NCBI RefSeq assembly: GCF_013004595.1
Contig: NZ_JABEMC010000005.1
Coordinates: 1-64,000, forward strand
Length of the DNA stretch: 64,000 nucleotides
DNA from: Brevibacterium luteolum
GTDB taxonomy: Bacteria; Actinomycetota; Actinomycetes; Actinomycetales; Brevibacteriaceae
Reading direction: 5' to 3'
Below are positions 27,044-36,288 of the stretch, in pieces; position 1 is the stretch's first letter, and every line of letters starts with the position of its first letter. The notes beneath the pieces were generated by a model that worked only from the letters and a program-made list of their open reading frames with translations, was not told the DNA's origin and did not search any database. The position numbers and the translations under genes are program-made.

Positions 27044-28027
27044 TCAGGTCAGCGCTATGCGGTCCTCCGATTCCCGCCACGCGACTTCGAGCCAGACCGA
27101 ACCGAGTGCTGCATCAGCGGTGCTGCCGGTGGTGAGCCGCGAGCGCAGCTGGACGGTTTCCTCAGAGGTGGCCATGGTTGCCCTGAGGAAGGAGCGCAGG
27201 ATCTCATCGTTTACGTCGCAGGCAGGAATGCGCAGCTGACGGTCGATGTCTGCGTTCGGGTGCCGGTCGAGGACCGCACCCATGTCGGGGAACCGGACTT
27301 CGAGGCGGTTGGCCAGGTCGCCGGCACACTGCAGGTTGTCAGCGCATGCCCGAGCGACTGCCTCGACCGGATCGTCGATGAGGGTCAGCAGCACGTCAGG
27401 CGGGAGGTCTGGGTTCGCGGCCAGCTGGGTGCGCAGCTCATCGGGTCCCCATCCGCAGATGACACGCGCGGCTTCCTTCGCCAGTCCGGGTTTGGCCGGG
27501 TCATCGGCACCATGACTCGACTTCTCCGGGAAGCGCCGAATGACATCCTCGTAGTGCCATTCGTAAAACTGGCTGCGCGGCACGTTGAGGTAGTCCTCTT
27601 CGCGCAGAATCCGCTCCCACACCTCGCCGACGGTATCGGTGGGGATCGGTTCGCCGGCCTTCTCTTTGCCCAAGACGACCGACTCGCGCACCCCGCAGGC
27701 ACGCTTCTGCCTGCGGGTGGCGATCAAGGAGCGCAGCGCGTAGGCGGGTTTGTCGATCCAGTCGGCGAACGGCGACTCGAAGTGGCGGATGATCGACATC
27801 GAGTTCCATCGACCTGTGCGCTCAGGGTCGACGGCGTTGATGACACAGTCCTGCACAGAGTCAAGGGTCAGCAGGATCTGGCGGAACTCCGGGTGGTTGT
27901 GGGACTCCCGGGCGAGCACGTATGCGATGTCCTGCGGTATCCGGCGCATGCCGGTCAGGTGTGCGATAGCCGCATCCCACTGCGCGTTCGACACGGCACT
28001 GCGCACCTCAGACCACTCGGCACTCAT
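27044..28027 (-). CDS. Hypothetical protein with a leucine-rich-variant/HEAT-like repeat
   Basis: Fills the gap between annotated genes; RTQLAANPDLPPDVLLTLIDDPVEAVARACADN resembles an LRV repeat. Confidence 0.6.
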   Translation of the reverse strand: MSAEWSEVRSAVSNAQWDAAIAHLTGMRRIPQDIAYVLARESHNHPEFRQILLTLDSVQDCVINAVDPERTGRWNSMSIIRHFESPFADWIDKPAYALRSLIATRRQKRACGVRESVVLGKEKAGEPIPTDTVGEVWERILREEDYLNVPRSQFYEWHYEDVIRRFPEKSSHGADDPAKPGLAKEAARVICGWGPDELRTQLAANPDLPPDVLLTLIDDPVEAVARACADNLQCAGDLANRLEVRFPDMGAVLDRHPNADIDRQLRIPACDVNDEILRSFLRATMATSEETVQLRSRLTTGSTADAALGSVWLEVAWRESEDRIALT

Positions 28028-28166
28028 AATCACCATTCAACCATGAGCAATTCAGGGAACACAGTGTGCCATGTCAGCCCTCACAGGTCTGTCCTGCCGG
28101 TAGTGTGAGGAGGTGAGGCCGTGCCAGGCAGGCACCGGTCATTGATCTGCAAGAGAGGACTACCTG

Positions 28167-29171
28167 ATGGAATTCCGTTACCTCGGCAACAGCGGACTCA
28201 AGATCTCCGAGATCACCTACGGCAACTGGCTCACCCACGGCTCCCAGGTTGAAAACGAGATCGCGACCAAGTGCGTGCATGCCGCACTCGACGCCGGCAT
28301 CACGAGCTTCGACACCGCAGACGTCTACGCCAATACCAAGGCCGAGTCGGTCCTCGGCGAAGCCCTCAAAGGCCAGCGCCGCGAGTCACTGGAGATCTTC
28401 ACCAAGGTCTACTGGCCCACCGGCCCGCGCGGGCACAACGACTGCGGCCTGTCGCGCAAACACATCATGGAATCGATCAACGGTTCGCTCTCCCGCCTGC
28501 AGACCGACTACGTCGACCTCTACCAAGCGCACCGCTACGACAACGAGACCCCACTCGAAGAGACGATGCAGGCGTTTGCCGATGTCGTCCGATCCGGCAA
28601 GGCCCTCTACATCGGTGTGAGCGAATGGACCGCTGAGCAGATCCGGGCCGCCCACGGGATGGCCACGGATCTCGGCATCCAGCTCATCTCCTCACAGCCG
28701 CAGTACAACATGCTCTGGCGGGTCATCGAACCCGAGGTGGTGCCGACCTGTCAGGAGCTGGGCATCTCCCAGATCGTGTGGTCGCCGATCGCCCAGGGCG
28801 TGCTGACCGGCAAGTACAAGCCCGGCCAGCCGCTGCCCGAAGGTTCGCGTGCCACCGATGAGTCCGGTGGCGCAAAGGCCGTGGCCGGACTGCTCGAGGA
28901 CGAGACCCTTGAAGCCGTTGCCAAGCTCGAGCCGATCGCCCAGGACCTGAACCTGACGATGGCACAGCTGGCGATCGCCTGGGTGCTGGCCAACGACAAC
29001 GTCGCTGCCGCACTCGTCGGCGCCTCACGCCCCGAGCAGATCACCTCGAACGCCGAGGCCGCCGGGGTCAAGCTCGATGCAGATGTGCTCACGAAGATCG
29101 ACGATGCCCTCGCAGGTGTCGTCAAGCGCGACCCGAAGCTCACCGTCTCCCCGGAGACCCGTCCCTGCTGA
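28167..29171 (+). CDS. Aldo/keto reductase (Kv-beta-like)
   Basis: LGNSGLKIS, FDTADVY, DLYQAHR, YIGVSEW, QPQYN, WSPIAQG. Confidence 0.94.
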   Translation: MEFRYLGNSGLKISEITYGNWLTHGSQVENEIATKCVHAALDAGITSFDTADVYANTKAESVLGEALKGQRRESLEIFTKVYWPTGPRGHNDCGLSRKHIMESINGSLSRLQTDYVDLYQAHRYDNETPLEETMQAFADVVRSGKALYIGVSEWTAEQIRAAHGMATDLGIQLISSQPQYNMLWRVIEPEVVPTCQELGISQIVWSPIAQGVLTGKYKPGQPLPEGSRATDESGGAKAVAGLLEDETLEAVAKLEPIAQDLNLTMAQLAIAWVLANDNVAAALVGASRPEQITSNAEAAGVKLDADVLTKIDDALAGVVKRDPKLTVSPETRPC

Positions 29172-29215
29172 GGCCTGCAGCCGGCGTCGGCTGAGACAAG
29201 CCGACAGAGACGCAT

Positions 29216-29247
29216 ACTGGGCGGTGCACTGCGGTGCACCGCCCAGT
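29216..29247 (+). terminator. Hairpin after the AKR gene
   Basis: Perfect 13-bp stem ACTGGGCGGTGCA/TGCACCGCCCAGT. Confidence 0.6.
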
Positions 29248-29249
29248 TC

Positions 29250-29299
29250 CATGCCCGGCCGCTGGGACCTGCGGCATGCCCGGCCGCTGGGACTTGTGG
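29250..29299. repeat. Tandem repeat, 2 x 25 bp
   Basis: CATGCCCGGCCGCTGGGACCTGCGG / CATGCCCGGCCGCTGGGACTTGTGG. Confidence 0.8.
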
Positions 29300-29324
29300 C
29301 GGACCTGCCACATACCGAGCACCC

Positions 29325-29624
29325 TTGACGCACCAGCCCGGGGTTGACTCGGTGGTGAGCCCTCCACCGCCGAGCCGATTGCAGGAGTCTGCTGTGTACT
29401 CACGCCCACCTCATCGGGACATCCCCCGAGACCTCTACGGCCTGCCTGCCACTCCCCCGGACACCCGCACCCCGAGTCCGGCTCCTGACCGGTCGAGCTT
29501 TTCACCAGCGGCCACGCTGCGCCGCTCGCGGGGCGCACGCACAGTGGTCATCGTCATGAGTGTCGTCATCGCAGCGGCCCTGCTCGCAGGACTCACGGCA
29601 GCTGTGCTGTCCGGTGGCGTCTGA
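29325..29624 (+). CDS. Small Pro-rich protein with a C-terminal transmembrane helix (start uncertain)
   Basis: Ends TVVIVMSVVIAAALLAGLTAAVLSGGV. Confidence 0.5.
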   Translation: MTHQPGVDSVVSPPPPSRLQESAVYSRPPHRDIPRDLYGLPATPPDTRTPSPAPDRSSFSPAATLRRSRGARTVVIVMSVVIAAALLAGLTAAVLSGGV

Positions 29625-29683
29625 CCAGGTGACGACTGTGGCAGATGCGATCTGGTCACGACTGTGACAGATATAATGCCGTC

Positions 29684-30454
29684 ATGACGGCTCTGCGCAT
29701 CACCTCGGAATTCATCGCCCGCTATGCCCCGCGCTATGTGATCACCGAGCTCGAAGACCGCCTGCTGACCAAGGACGCGAAGAAGGCACGCAAGAAGGAG
29801 CGGCTGAAGTACAAGTCGTTGCTGCGCTTTGCGGAGTGGAAGGCGGTTGCCGTTCTGCCGATGCTCACCAGCTACTCTGACAAGGCCACGCAGAAGGACA
29901 TCGAGTACCTGACCTTCCTGGCGCTGGAGGAGGACACCCCTGATCGCTGGCGGATTCCGATCCTGTCGATCATCGCCGGGGTCGGCAAGCCCTTCGCCAG
30001 TGCGATCCTCTCAGCGGTCTACCCCGCGGATTTCGCGCTCATGGACGCCCGCTCGGTCGGCGTGCTCTTCGATGCGGGCCTGTTGGAGTCGAAGAACACC
30101 GCCCGCGTGCCGTATGAAGACTACCTGGGTGTCGTGCGAATGATCGCCAGCGAAGCGAATGTCAGCCTGCACGAGGTCTACCGCGCCCTCTACGCATACG
30201 CCGAACTCGGCGAACTGGCCGCCGAAGACACTGCGGCGACGGTTGAGGGCACCGAGTCAGCCACGGCGAAGCCTTCCACGACCAAGACTGCCGAGACCAC
30301 GCCTGCCACGGCGAAGAAGACGACTGCGCAGAAGAGCACCACCACGAAGGCTGCGCCGAAGAAGGCCGCTACCAAGAAGGCCACCGGCAAGAAGTCGACA
30401 GCCACGAAGACGACGGCGAAGAAGTCGACTGCGCAGAAGTCGAACAGGAATTGA
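29684..30454 (+). CDS. Helix-hairpin-helix (DNA glycosylase-like) domain protein with a histone-H1-like Lys/Ala/Thr tail
   Basis: IAGVGKPFASAILSAVYPADFALMDARS; tail KKTTAQKSTTTKAAPKKAATKKATGKK; TATAAT at 29672-29677, 6 nt before ATG. Confidence 0.7.
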   Translation: MTALRITSEFIARYAPRYVITELEDRLLTKDAKKARKKERLKYKSLLRFAEWKAVAVLPMLTSYSDKATQKDIEYLTFLALEEDTPDRWRIPILSIIAGVGKPFASAILSAVYPADFALMDARSVGVLFDAGLLESKNTARVPYEDYLGVVRMIASEANVSLHEVYRALYAYAELGELAAEDTAATVEGTESATAKPSTTKTAETTPATAKKTTAQKSTTTKAAPKKAATKKATGKKSTATKTTAKKSTAQKSNRN

Positions 30455-30462
30455 GCCGCAGG

Positions 30463-30507
30463 CAGTGCCACGCAGCCGGATCTGTTTCGGCCGGCTGCGC
30501 GGCACTG
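30463..30507. terminator. Hairpin between convergent genes
   Basis: CAGTGCCACGCAGCCGG/CCGGCTGCGCGGCACTG. Confidence 0.65.
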
Positions 30508-30526
30508 TCAGGTCATCACAGCGCTG

Positions 30527-30991
30527 TCAGCGCGGCTGTGCCGGTGTGCTCGTGCCCTCGGCCAGCCAGTCGGGCAGGTTGGGGATGACGCACTCGCGAG
30601 TCAGGGAGGCGAACCGGCGCTCGGCGGTGTCGGCTGGCAGGTCATCGAAGGAGAACCAGGCAGCCTCGGCGATCTCCTCGTACACCGCAGGAGCGGAGAC
30701 ATTCAGACCAGCGGGCAGACCGCGGTAGGCGAAGACTGTGCCCGTGACCGCATGCCCGGCCTCATTGGCAGCCGCCGCGGTCCACGTGCCGAGCTCAACG
30801 AGCCGGTCATCGGCAAGCTCAAGATGCAGCTCCTCGGCGACTTCGCGGATGATCGCGTGCCGAGCGCACTCACCAGGTTCGGGCTTGCCGCCAGGCAGCA
30901 TGAACGCCTGGGTGCCGGACTTGCGGACCATGAGCAGCTCACGGTGCTCAGGGTGGCGGATGACGAGGGCGGAGACGCGGATCTCAGGCAT
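30527..30991 (-). CDS. NUDIX hydrolase
   Basis: PGGKPEPGECARHAIIREVAEEL Nudix box. Confidence 0.9.
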   Translation of the reverse strand: MPEIRVSALVIRHPEHRELLMVRKSGTQAFMLPGGKPEPGECARHAIIREVAEELHLELADDRLVELGTWTAAAANEAGHAVTGTVFAYRGLPAGLNVSAPAVYEEIAEAAWFSFDDLPADTAERRFASLTRECVIPNLPDWLAEGTSTPAQPR

Positions 30992-31035
30992 GAGGGCACT
31001 CTAACAACGCACGCCAGCCACCGCCTCGGGGGCGG

Positions 31036-32439
31036 TCACAGACTGATGATGAGCAGGGTCGCCCCGAGCACGACGCCGGCGCCGAGCAGGGTCAAGGTGG
31101 TGTAGCCGATGATGTCGCGCATCTTCAGCCCGGCGATCGCAAGCACCGGCAGGGCCCAGAAGGGCTGGATCATGTTCGTCCACTGGTCTCCGTAGGACAC
31201 CGCCATGATCGCCACTGTCGGGTCGACGCCGAGCTGGTCGGCGGCATCGAGCATGATCGGGCCCTGCACGGCGAACTGGCCGCCGCCGGAGGGGACGAAG
31301 AAGTTGACCAGGCCGGCGGCGAGGAAGGCGAGCAGGCCGAAGGTCGTCGGGTTGGCGATCGAGACGAGTGCGGTGGAGAAGACGACGATGAGGCCGGTGG
31401 CCTTCATCATGCCGAGGATGCCGGCGTAGAGCGGGAACTGCAGCAGGATCTCGCCGACGTTGGCGGCGGCCTCCTTCGTCAGGTGGATGAGTTCGAAGGG
31501 GCTGCGCACGAGCAGGAAGATGAGCGCCAGGAACGACCAGTTGACGATGTCGAGGGTCAGCGAGCCGCCCTGGACGAAGTGGACGACGAGGTAGCCGGCC
31601 AGTGCGAGGCCGGTGATGAGGGTGAGGATGCGTGAGGCGTCGATCCGGTCAGCCGGTGTCACGACGTCTTCGCCGGCGGGGTCGTAGGCCTCGGATTCGA
31701 CGTGGGCGGGCAGTTCGACGACCGGGTCGTTCTTCCGCGGGGCGGCCAGAGCGAACAGGGCGGCGCAGACGATGATGACGGCGGCGGCTGCGGCGATGTT
31801 CCAGCCGGCGAAGATCGTCTGGGAGACCGGGATGAGCTGGCCGCCTAAGGATTCGGCGAGGAAGGAGTCCGGGGTGGCTGCGGTCAGCGGACCTGAAGCG
31901 GAGTAGCCCATGTGCCACACGACCATGCCGGAGTAGCCGGCAGCCACGAGCAGCGGGAAGTGGACCTTCATCTGCCTGCCGCGAGCCTGAATGGCGATCT
32001 CGCGGGCGAGCAGTGCGCCGACGACCAGACCGAGTCCCCAGGTGATGAGAGAGGCGACGCTGGCGACGATGAAGACGAAGACGTAGGCCATGAGCGGGCT
32101 CTGCGGCACGGCGGCTAGCGCGGAGAGGCCCTTCCGGACGGGTCCGGTGTTGGCCAGGATGTGGCCGAGCAGCAGGATGAGCGCCATCTGGGTCATGAAC
32201 TCCAGCAGCCCGGCCAGGCCCTCTCCCCAACCGGTGAGCACGTCGACGGGGCGGGCATCGGTGAGGATGAACGCAAGTATCGCGACGATGAGGGTGAGCA
32301 GGATGGCGAAGACCAGCGATGACGGCACCCAGCGCTCGAGGAAGTGATTCAGCGGTCGCATGAGCCCGCGTGAAGCCTGCGCGTTCGACTGCGCTTCCTG
32401 GGTTTCCGGGGTGGTCGGGGGCGGAGTGTGACTAGCCAT
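31036..32439 (-). CDS. atoE: Short-chain fatty acid transporter (AtoE/TIGR00366 family)
   Basis: FMTQMALIL, QFPLYAGI, NFFVPSGGGQF, GDQWTNMIQPFWALP. Confidence 0.9.
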   Translation of the reverse strand: MASHTPPPTTPETQEAQSNAQASRGLMRPLNHFLERWVPSSLVFAILLTLIVAILAFILTDARPVDVLTGWGEGLAGLLEFMTQMALILLLGHILANTGPVRKGLSALAAVPQSPLMAYVFVFIVASVASLITWGLGLVVGALLAREIAIQARGRQMKVHFPLLVAAGYSGMVVWHMGYSASGPLTAATPDSFLAESLGGQLIPVSQTIFAGWNIAAAAAVIIVCAALFALAAPRKNDPVVELPAHVESEAYDPAGEDVVTPADRIDASRILTLITGLALAGYLVVHFVQGGSLTLDIVNWSFLALIFLLVRSPFELIHLTKEAAANVGEILLQFPLYAGILGMMKATGLIVVFSTALVSIANPTTFGLLAFLAAGLVNFFVPSGGGQFAVQGPIMLDAADQLGVDPTVAIMAVSYGDQWTNMIQPFWALPVLAIAGLKMRDIIGYTTLTLLGAGVVLGATLLIISL

Positions 32440-32730
32440 GAGGTGTGGGCCTTTCTCGTCGTTGAGTTCCGGTTGTGGTGACCGGTGGTCGCGGTCGGAT
32501 GTGCTCGCACCATGCTACGGGCGATGATGCCCCGGCTCTGAGGCGGGGTTCCGGGTGCTGCCTTCAGGGCAGAGACCTGGCCCGGCACCCCGGTCGGCCG
32601 GCTATCGGACGAAGTGCCGCAGATCTCGGCCAATTCACCGAATATTCAGGAAACCTGGTTGTCACCCGATGCCACTCAGGTTACTCTCAGAGAGAATTGA
32701 TATTTTTCTGACCTTCGAAGGGACAGCCTC

Positions 32731-34143
32731 ATGAAGCGCACATCTCTCCGCCGCCTGGCTGCCGGCGCCTCCGCCGCCGCGCTCGTCAGCGCTGGTGCGC
32801 TCTTCGGCTCCTCGGCCGCATTTGCGCAGCCGACGCCAGAAGAGACACAGGCTGCCACCGAGCCGGCGGCGCAGCCGGCTGACAGCGGTCAGAAGTCTGA
32901 GGAAGAGAAGCACGACGACTCGGCCGAGAAGCAGGCCGAGACGGAGACTGAAGAACAGCAGAAGCCTGCCTCTGCGAAGACCAAGGAGCTTTCGAAGACC
33001 GACGAGCCGGCTGAAGACGATGGCGACGACGATGCCCCGGCGTTCGACCCGCAGGTGAGCTCGGCTCCGGATGAGATCACCGCCGCAGACCTCACCGACC
33101 CGGACAAGGGCATCAGCATCACAGCCTCAAACCTCCAGGCCGGAGACGTTGTCACCGACAACCTCACCAACAAGCCGAATACCGCTGACGGTGACAAGCT
33201 GACGACCAGCGTCTACTACACGGGCGATGCGAGCGACTTGAAGGTCGGCGACACAGTGAACTTCACCGTTACCGTCGCTCGTGAGGGCGAAGAGTCGAAG
33301 ACCTTCGACTTCACCGTCACGATCATCGGTGAAGACGACGGCGACGATGAGGCCCCGGCGTTCGACCCGCAGGTGAGCTCGGCTCCGGATGAGATCACCG
33401 CTGCAGACCTCGCCGACCCGGACAAGGGCATCAGCATCACAGCCTCGAACCTCCAGCCCGGAGACGTTGTCACCGACAACCTCACCAACAAGCCGAATAC
33501 CGCTGACGGTGACAAGCTGACGGCCAGCGTCTACTACGAGGGCGACCCGAGCGACTTCGAGGTGGGCCAGAAGGTGGGCTTCACCGTTACCGTCTCCCGC
33601 GAGGGCGAAGAGTCGAAGACCTTCGACTTCACCGTCACGATCATCGGTGAAGACGACGGCGACGACGAGACCATGGAGCCGGAGCTGAAGATCTCACCGC
33701 AGAAGATCAGCGTCACCGACTTCCGCAATGAGAACAAGGGTGTCCAGCTCACCGTCACGAACTGCTACCCCGGTGAGGCAGCAGCGTTCATCATCGAACA
33801 TGAGAACGGCGAGCTGAGCTACGAAGTCGACGCCGACACCAACGACGACGGCACCGCCGTCATCGAGCATATCCACGGCACGGGCAACGCACCCGACTCC
33901 GCTTACACAGGCACCTACACCGTCACCGTCATCTGCGGCGATGGCGAGAGCGACGGAACGTTCTCCGTCCACGCCGATGACAACGGCAAGGGCGGCGGTG
34001 ACTCTGACAAGGGCCGTGACCGCGACCGCAACGAGCTGCCGCGCACCGGCTCAGACCTGACAGCACTCTACGGTGCAGCCAGCCTGCTGGCCGTCGGAGC
34101 TGCAGCCATGGTGGTCAGCCGTCGCAAGAGCACCAAGCAGTGA
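32731..34143 (+). CDS. Sortase-anchored (LPXTG) acidic surface protein with duplicated 106-aa beta-rich domains
   Basis: Signal peptide ending AFA, LPRTG, hydrophobic helix, RRK tail. Confidence 0.9.
   Translation: MKRTSLRRLAAGASAAALVSAGALFGSSAAFAQPTPEETQAATEPAAQPADSGQKSEEEKHDDSAEKQAETETEEQQKPASAKTKELSKTDEPAEDDGDDDAPAFDPQVSSAPDEITAADLTDPDKGISITASNLQAGDVVTDNLTNKPNTADGDKLTTSVYYTGDASDLKVGDTVNFTVTVAREGEESKTFDFTVTIIGEDDGDDEAPAFDPQVSSAPDEITAADLADPDKGISITASNLQPGDVVTDNLTNKPNTADGDKLTASVYYEGDPSDFEVGQKVGFTVTVSREGEESKTFDFTVTIIGEDDGDDETMEPELKISPQKISVTDFRNENKGVQLTVTNCYPGEAAAFIIEHENGELSYEVDADTNDDGTAVIEHIHGTGNAPDSAYTGTYTVTVICGDGESDGTFSVHADDNGKGGGDSDKGRDRDRNELPRTGSDLTALYGAASLLAVGAAAMVVSRRKSTKQ
33013..33669 (+). 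repeat. Intragenic tandem duplication with a 318-bp period
   Basis: GAAGACGAYGGCGACGA recurs at 33013, 33331 and 33649; the units are near-identical apart from a short variable block. Confidence 0.92.
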
Positions 34144-34169
34144 TGACCGACGGCTGAGAAGCTGACATT

Positions 34170-34206
34170 CTGTGGTCCGCTGGGGGATTCTCCCGGCGGG
34201 CCACAG
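34170..34206 (+). terminator. Hairpin after the LPXTG gene
   Basis: CTGTGGTCCGCTGGG/CCCGGCGGGCCACAG. Confidence 0.65.
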
Positions 34207-34323
34207 TCATGTCTGCGCACAGGTGCGACTGTGCAGGGTCGGCCGCCGGCACCGCAGTCGTCACCGTCACCCGGCACGCGAAGAGACAATGAGAGCTCAG
34301 ACGGCACGCTGATCGCACGTGCC

Positions 34324-34361
34324 AAAAGAGTCGGCCCGCCGGGCGAACCCGGCGGGCCGAC
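34324..34361 (-). terminator. Intrinsic terminator of the SSADH gene
   Basis: Perfect 14-bp stem GTCGGCCCGCCGGG/CCCGGCGGGCCGAC, minus-strand TTCG loop, followed by TCTTTT. Confidence 0.8.
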
Positions 34362-34374
34362 ATATGCTCTGAGA

Positions 34375-35751
34375 TCAGCTGTTCTTGTAGTACAGCTGCT
34401 TGTTGCAGAACTCGTCCATCGCCAGCGGGCCGAGCTCACGGCCGACACCGGAGCGCTTGACGCCGCCGAAGGGCAGGTACTCCCGGGACTGCTCAGGTCC
34501 GTTGACGAAGACCATGCCGGCCTGCAGCTGGTCGGCGACCTTCTCCGCCCGGCTCATATCCGAGCTGAACACGGCCGAGCCGAGACCGAACGGGGTGTCG
34601 TTGGCCAGCTCGACGGCTTCCTCGTCGGAGGAGACGCGGAAGATCATGAATGCCGGGCCGAAGAGCTCCTCGTAGTAGCCGCGCTTGCCCTTCTGCACAT
34701 CGGTGAGCACGACTGGCTCGACGAAGGAGCCCTTTCCTTCATAGGCCTTGCCACCGGCCAGCAGGGTCGCACCGTCAGCCACCGTCGCCTCGACCTGCTC
34801 CATGAACCGCTCCTGCGCTGCCTTCGACGACAGCGGGCTCAGTTGTGAGTCCTCGGCCAGCGGGTCAGCCGGGGTGAACTTCTTGGCCGACTCGGTGATC
34901 TTCTCGACGAATTCGTCGTAGATGTCGTCCATGACGATCATGCGCTTGGGCGAGTTGCAGGCCTGGCCGGTGTTGCCCATGCGAGCCTGGAACAGCGTCT
35001 TGGCGGTCGCGGCGACATCCTCGGAGTCGAGCACGACGTACGGGTCCGAGCCGCCGAGTTCGAGGACCACCTTCTTGAGGTTCTTGCCCGCCTCGGCGGC
35101 CACAGCCGAACCGGCGCGCTCCGAACCGGTCAGGGACACGCCCTGGTTGCGCGGGTCGGGCAGGATGATGTCAGCGACCTGCTCGTTGGTGGCGTAGACG
35201 TTGATGTAGGCGTCGGCCGGCAGGCCGGCCTCGGCGAAGATCTCCTCCATCACCTGTGCCGAGCGCGGGCACTGCGGGGCGTGCTTGAGGATGATCGTGT
35301 TGCCCAATGCCAGGTTCGGGGCGGCGAAGCGAGCGACCTGGTAGTACGGGAAGTTCCACGGCATGATGCCCAGCAGCGAGCCGACCGGCTTGCGCAGCAG
35401 ATAGGCCTCGCCGTCCTTGGGTCCCTTGAGCTTCTCCTCGGAGATGAACTCGGCGGCGTTGTCGGCGAAGTACTGGTAGATCATGCTCGACAGTGCGACT
35501 TCGCCCTTGCCCTCCGGGATGGCTTTGCCCATCTCGAGCTTGATGATCTCGGCAAGCTCCTCAGCGCGATCCGAATAGATCTTAGCGACCTTCGACAGGA
35601 TTGTCGTGCGCTCCTCCACTGGGGTGGTGGACCAGGTGGCGTAGGCGTTGTGCGAGCGGGCGAGCGCATCGGTGATCTGCTCATCGGTGGCGGTCGGGAA
35701 CTCCTCGACGACCTCACCGGTGGCGGGATTGACGACTGCATACTGCGACAT
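34375..35751 (-). CDS. NAD-dependent succinate-semialdehyde dehydrogenase (Sad/GabD1 type)
   Basis: IMPWNFPYYQ, LTGSERAG, LELGGSDP, GQACN, EELFGP, PFGGVKRSG. Confidence 0.9.
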   Translation of the reverse strand: MSQYAVVNPATGEVVEEFPTATDEQITDALARSHNAYATWSTTPVEERTTILSKVAKIYSDRAEELAEIIKLEMGKAIPEGKGEVALSSMIYQYFADNAAEFISEEKLKGPKDGEAYLLRKPVGSLLGIMPWNFPYYQVARFAAPNLALGNTIILKHAPQCPRSAQVMEEIFAEAGLPADAYINVYATNEQVADIILPDPRNQGVSLTGSERAGSAVAAEAGKNLKKVVLELGGSDPYVVLDSEDVAATAKTLFQARMGNTGQACNSPKRMIVMDDIYDEFVEKITESAKKFTPADPLAEDSQLSPLSSKAAQERFMEQVEATVADGATLLAGGKAYEGKGSFVEPVVLTDVQKGKRGYYEELFGPAFMIFRVSSDEEAVELANDTPFGLGSAVFSSDMSRAEKVADQLQAGMVFVNGPEQSREYLPFGGVKRSGVGRELGPLAMDEFCNKQLYYKNS

Positions 35752-35922
35752 CTGTGATTCCTTTCACTCGACCGTCGCGGACCGCGTACCTAAGGCTGCG
35801 ACGGTGCAGGCCGGCCTGTGCACCGGCGGTTGATGCCCACGCTAGTCGCCGCTGGGCCTGCTGTTCAACCGGCGTAGACTGGCGCTGAGACCCCGTCCCG
35901 CCACCTGTTGAGAGGACCGATC

Positions 35923-36288
35923 GTGACCGCTGAGAGGCACAGCATCGAAGAACTCGCCGCCCGCTACTACGCCACTGTCGACTCCGGTGATGCCGATGCG
36001 ACATCGGCGCTGTTCGCCCCCGACGCCAGCTATGACCGGCCGGGCTACCCGACGATGGTCGGGAAGGCGATCACCGACTTCTACCACGGTGAGCGGATCA
36101 TCGTCTCAGGCCAGCACACCATCACCGAGGTGCTGGTGTCCGGCCAGCAGGCTGCTGTGCAGGGATCGTTCGCCGGCACGCTCAAGGACGGTTCGGAGGC
36201 CAGCGAGCGGTTCGCCGACTTCCTCACCTTCGACGATGCCGGGCTCATCACGAACCGGACGACGTACTTCTACCGCGCGGCAGTCTGA
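35923..36288 (+). CDS. SnoaL-like / NTF2 family protein
   Basis: YYATVDSGD...LFAPDASYDRPGY...FADFLTF. Confidence 0.82.
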   Translation: MTAERHSIEELAARYYATVDSGDADATSALFAPDASYDRPGYPTMVGKAITDFYHGERIIVSGQHTITEVLVSGQQAAVQGSFAGTLKDGSEASERFADFLTFDDAGLITNRTTYFYRAAV

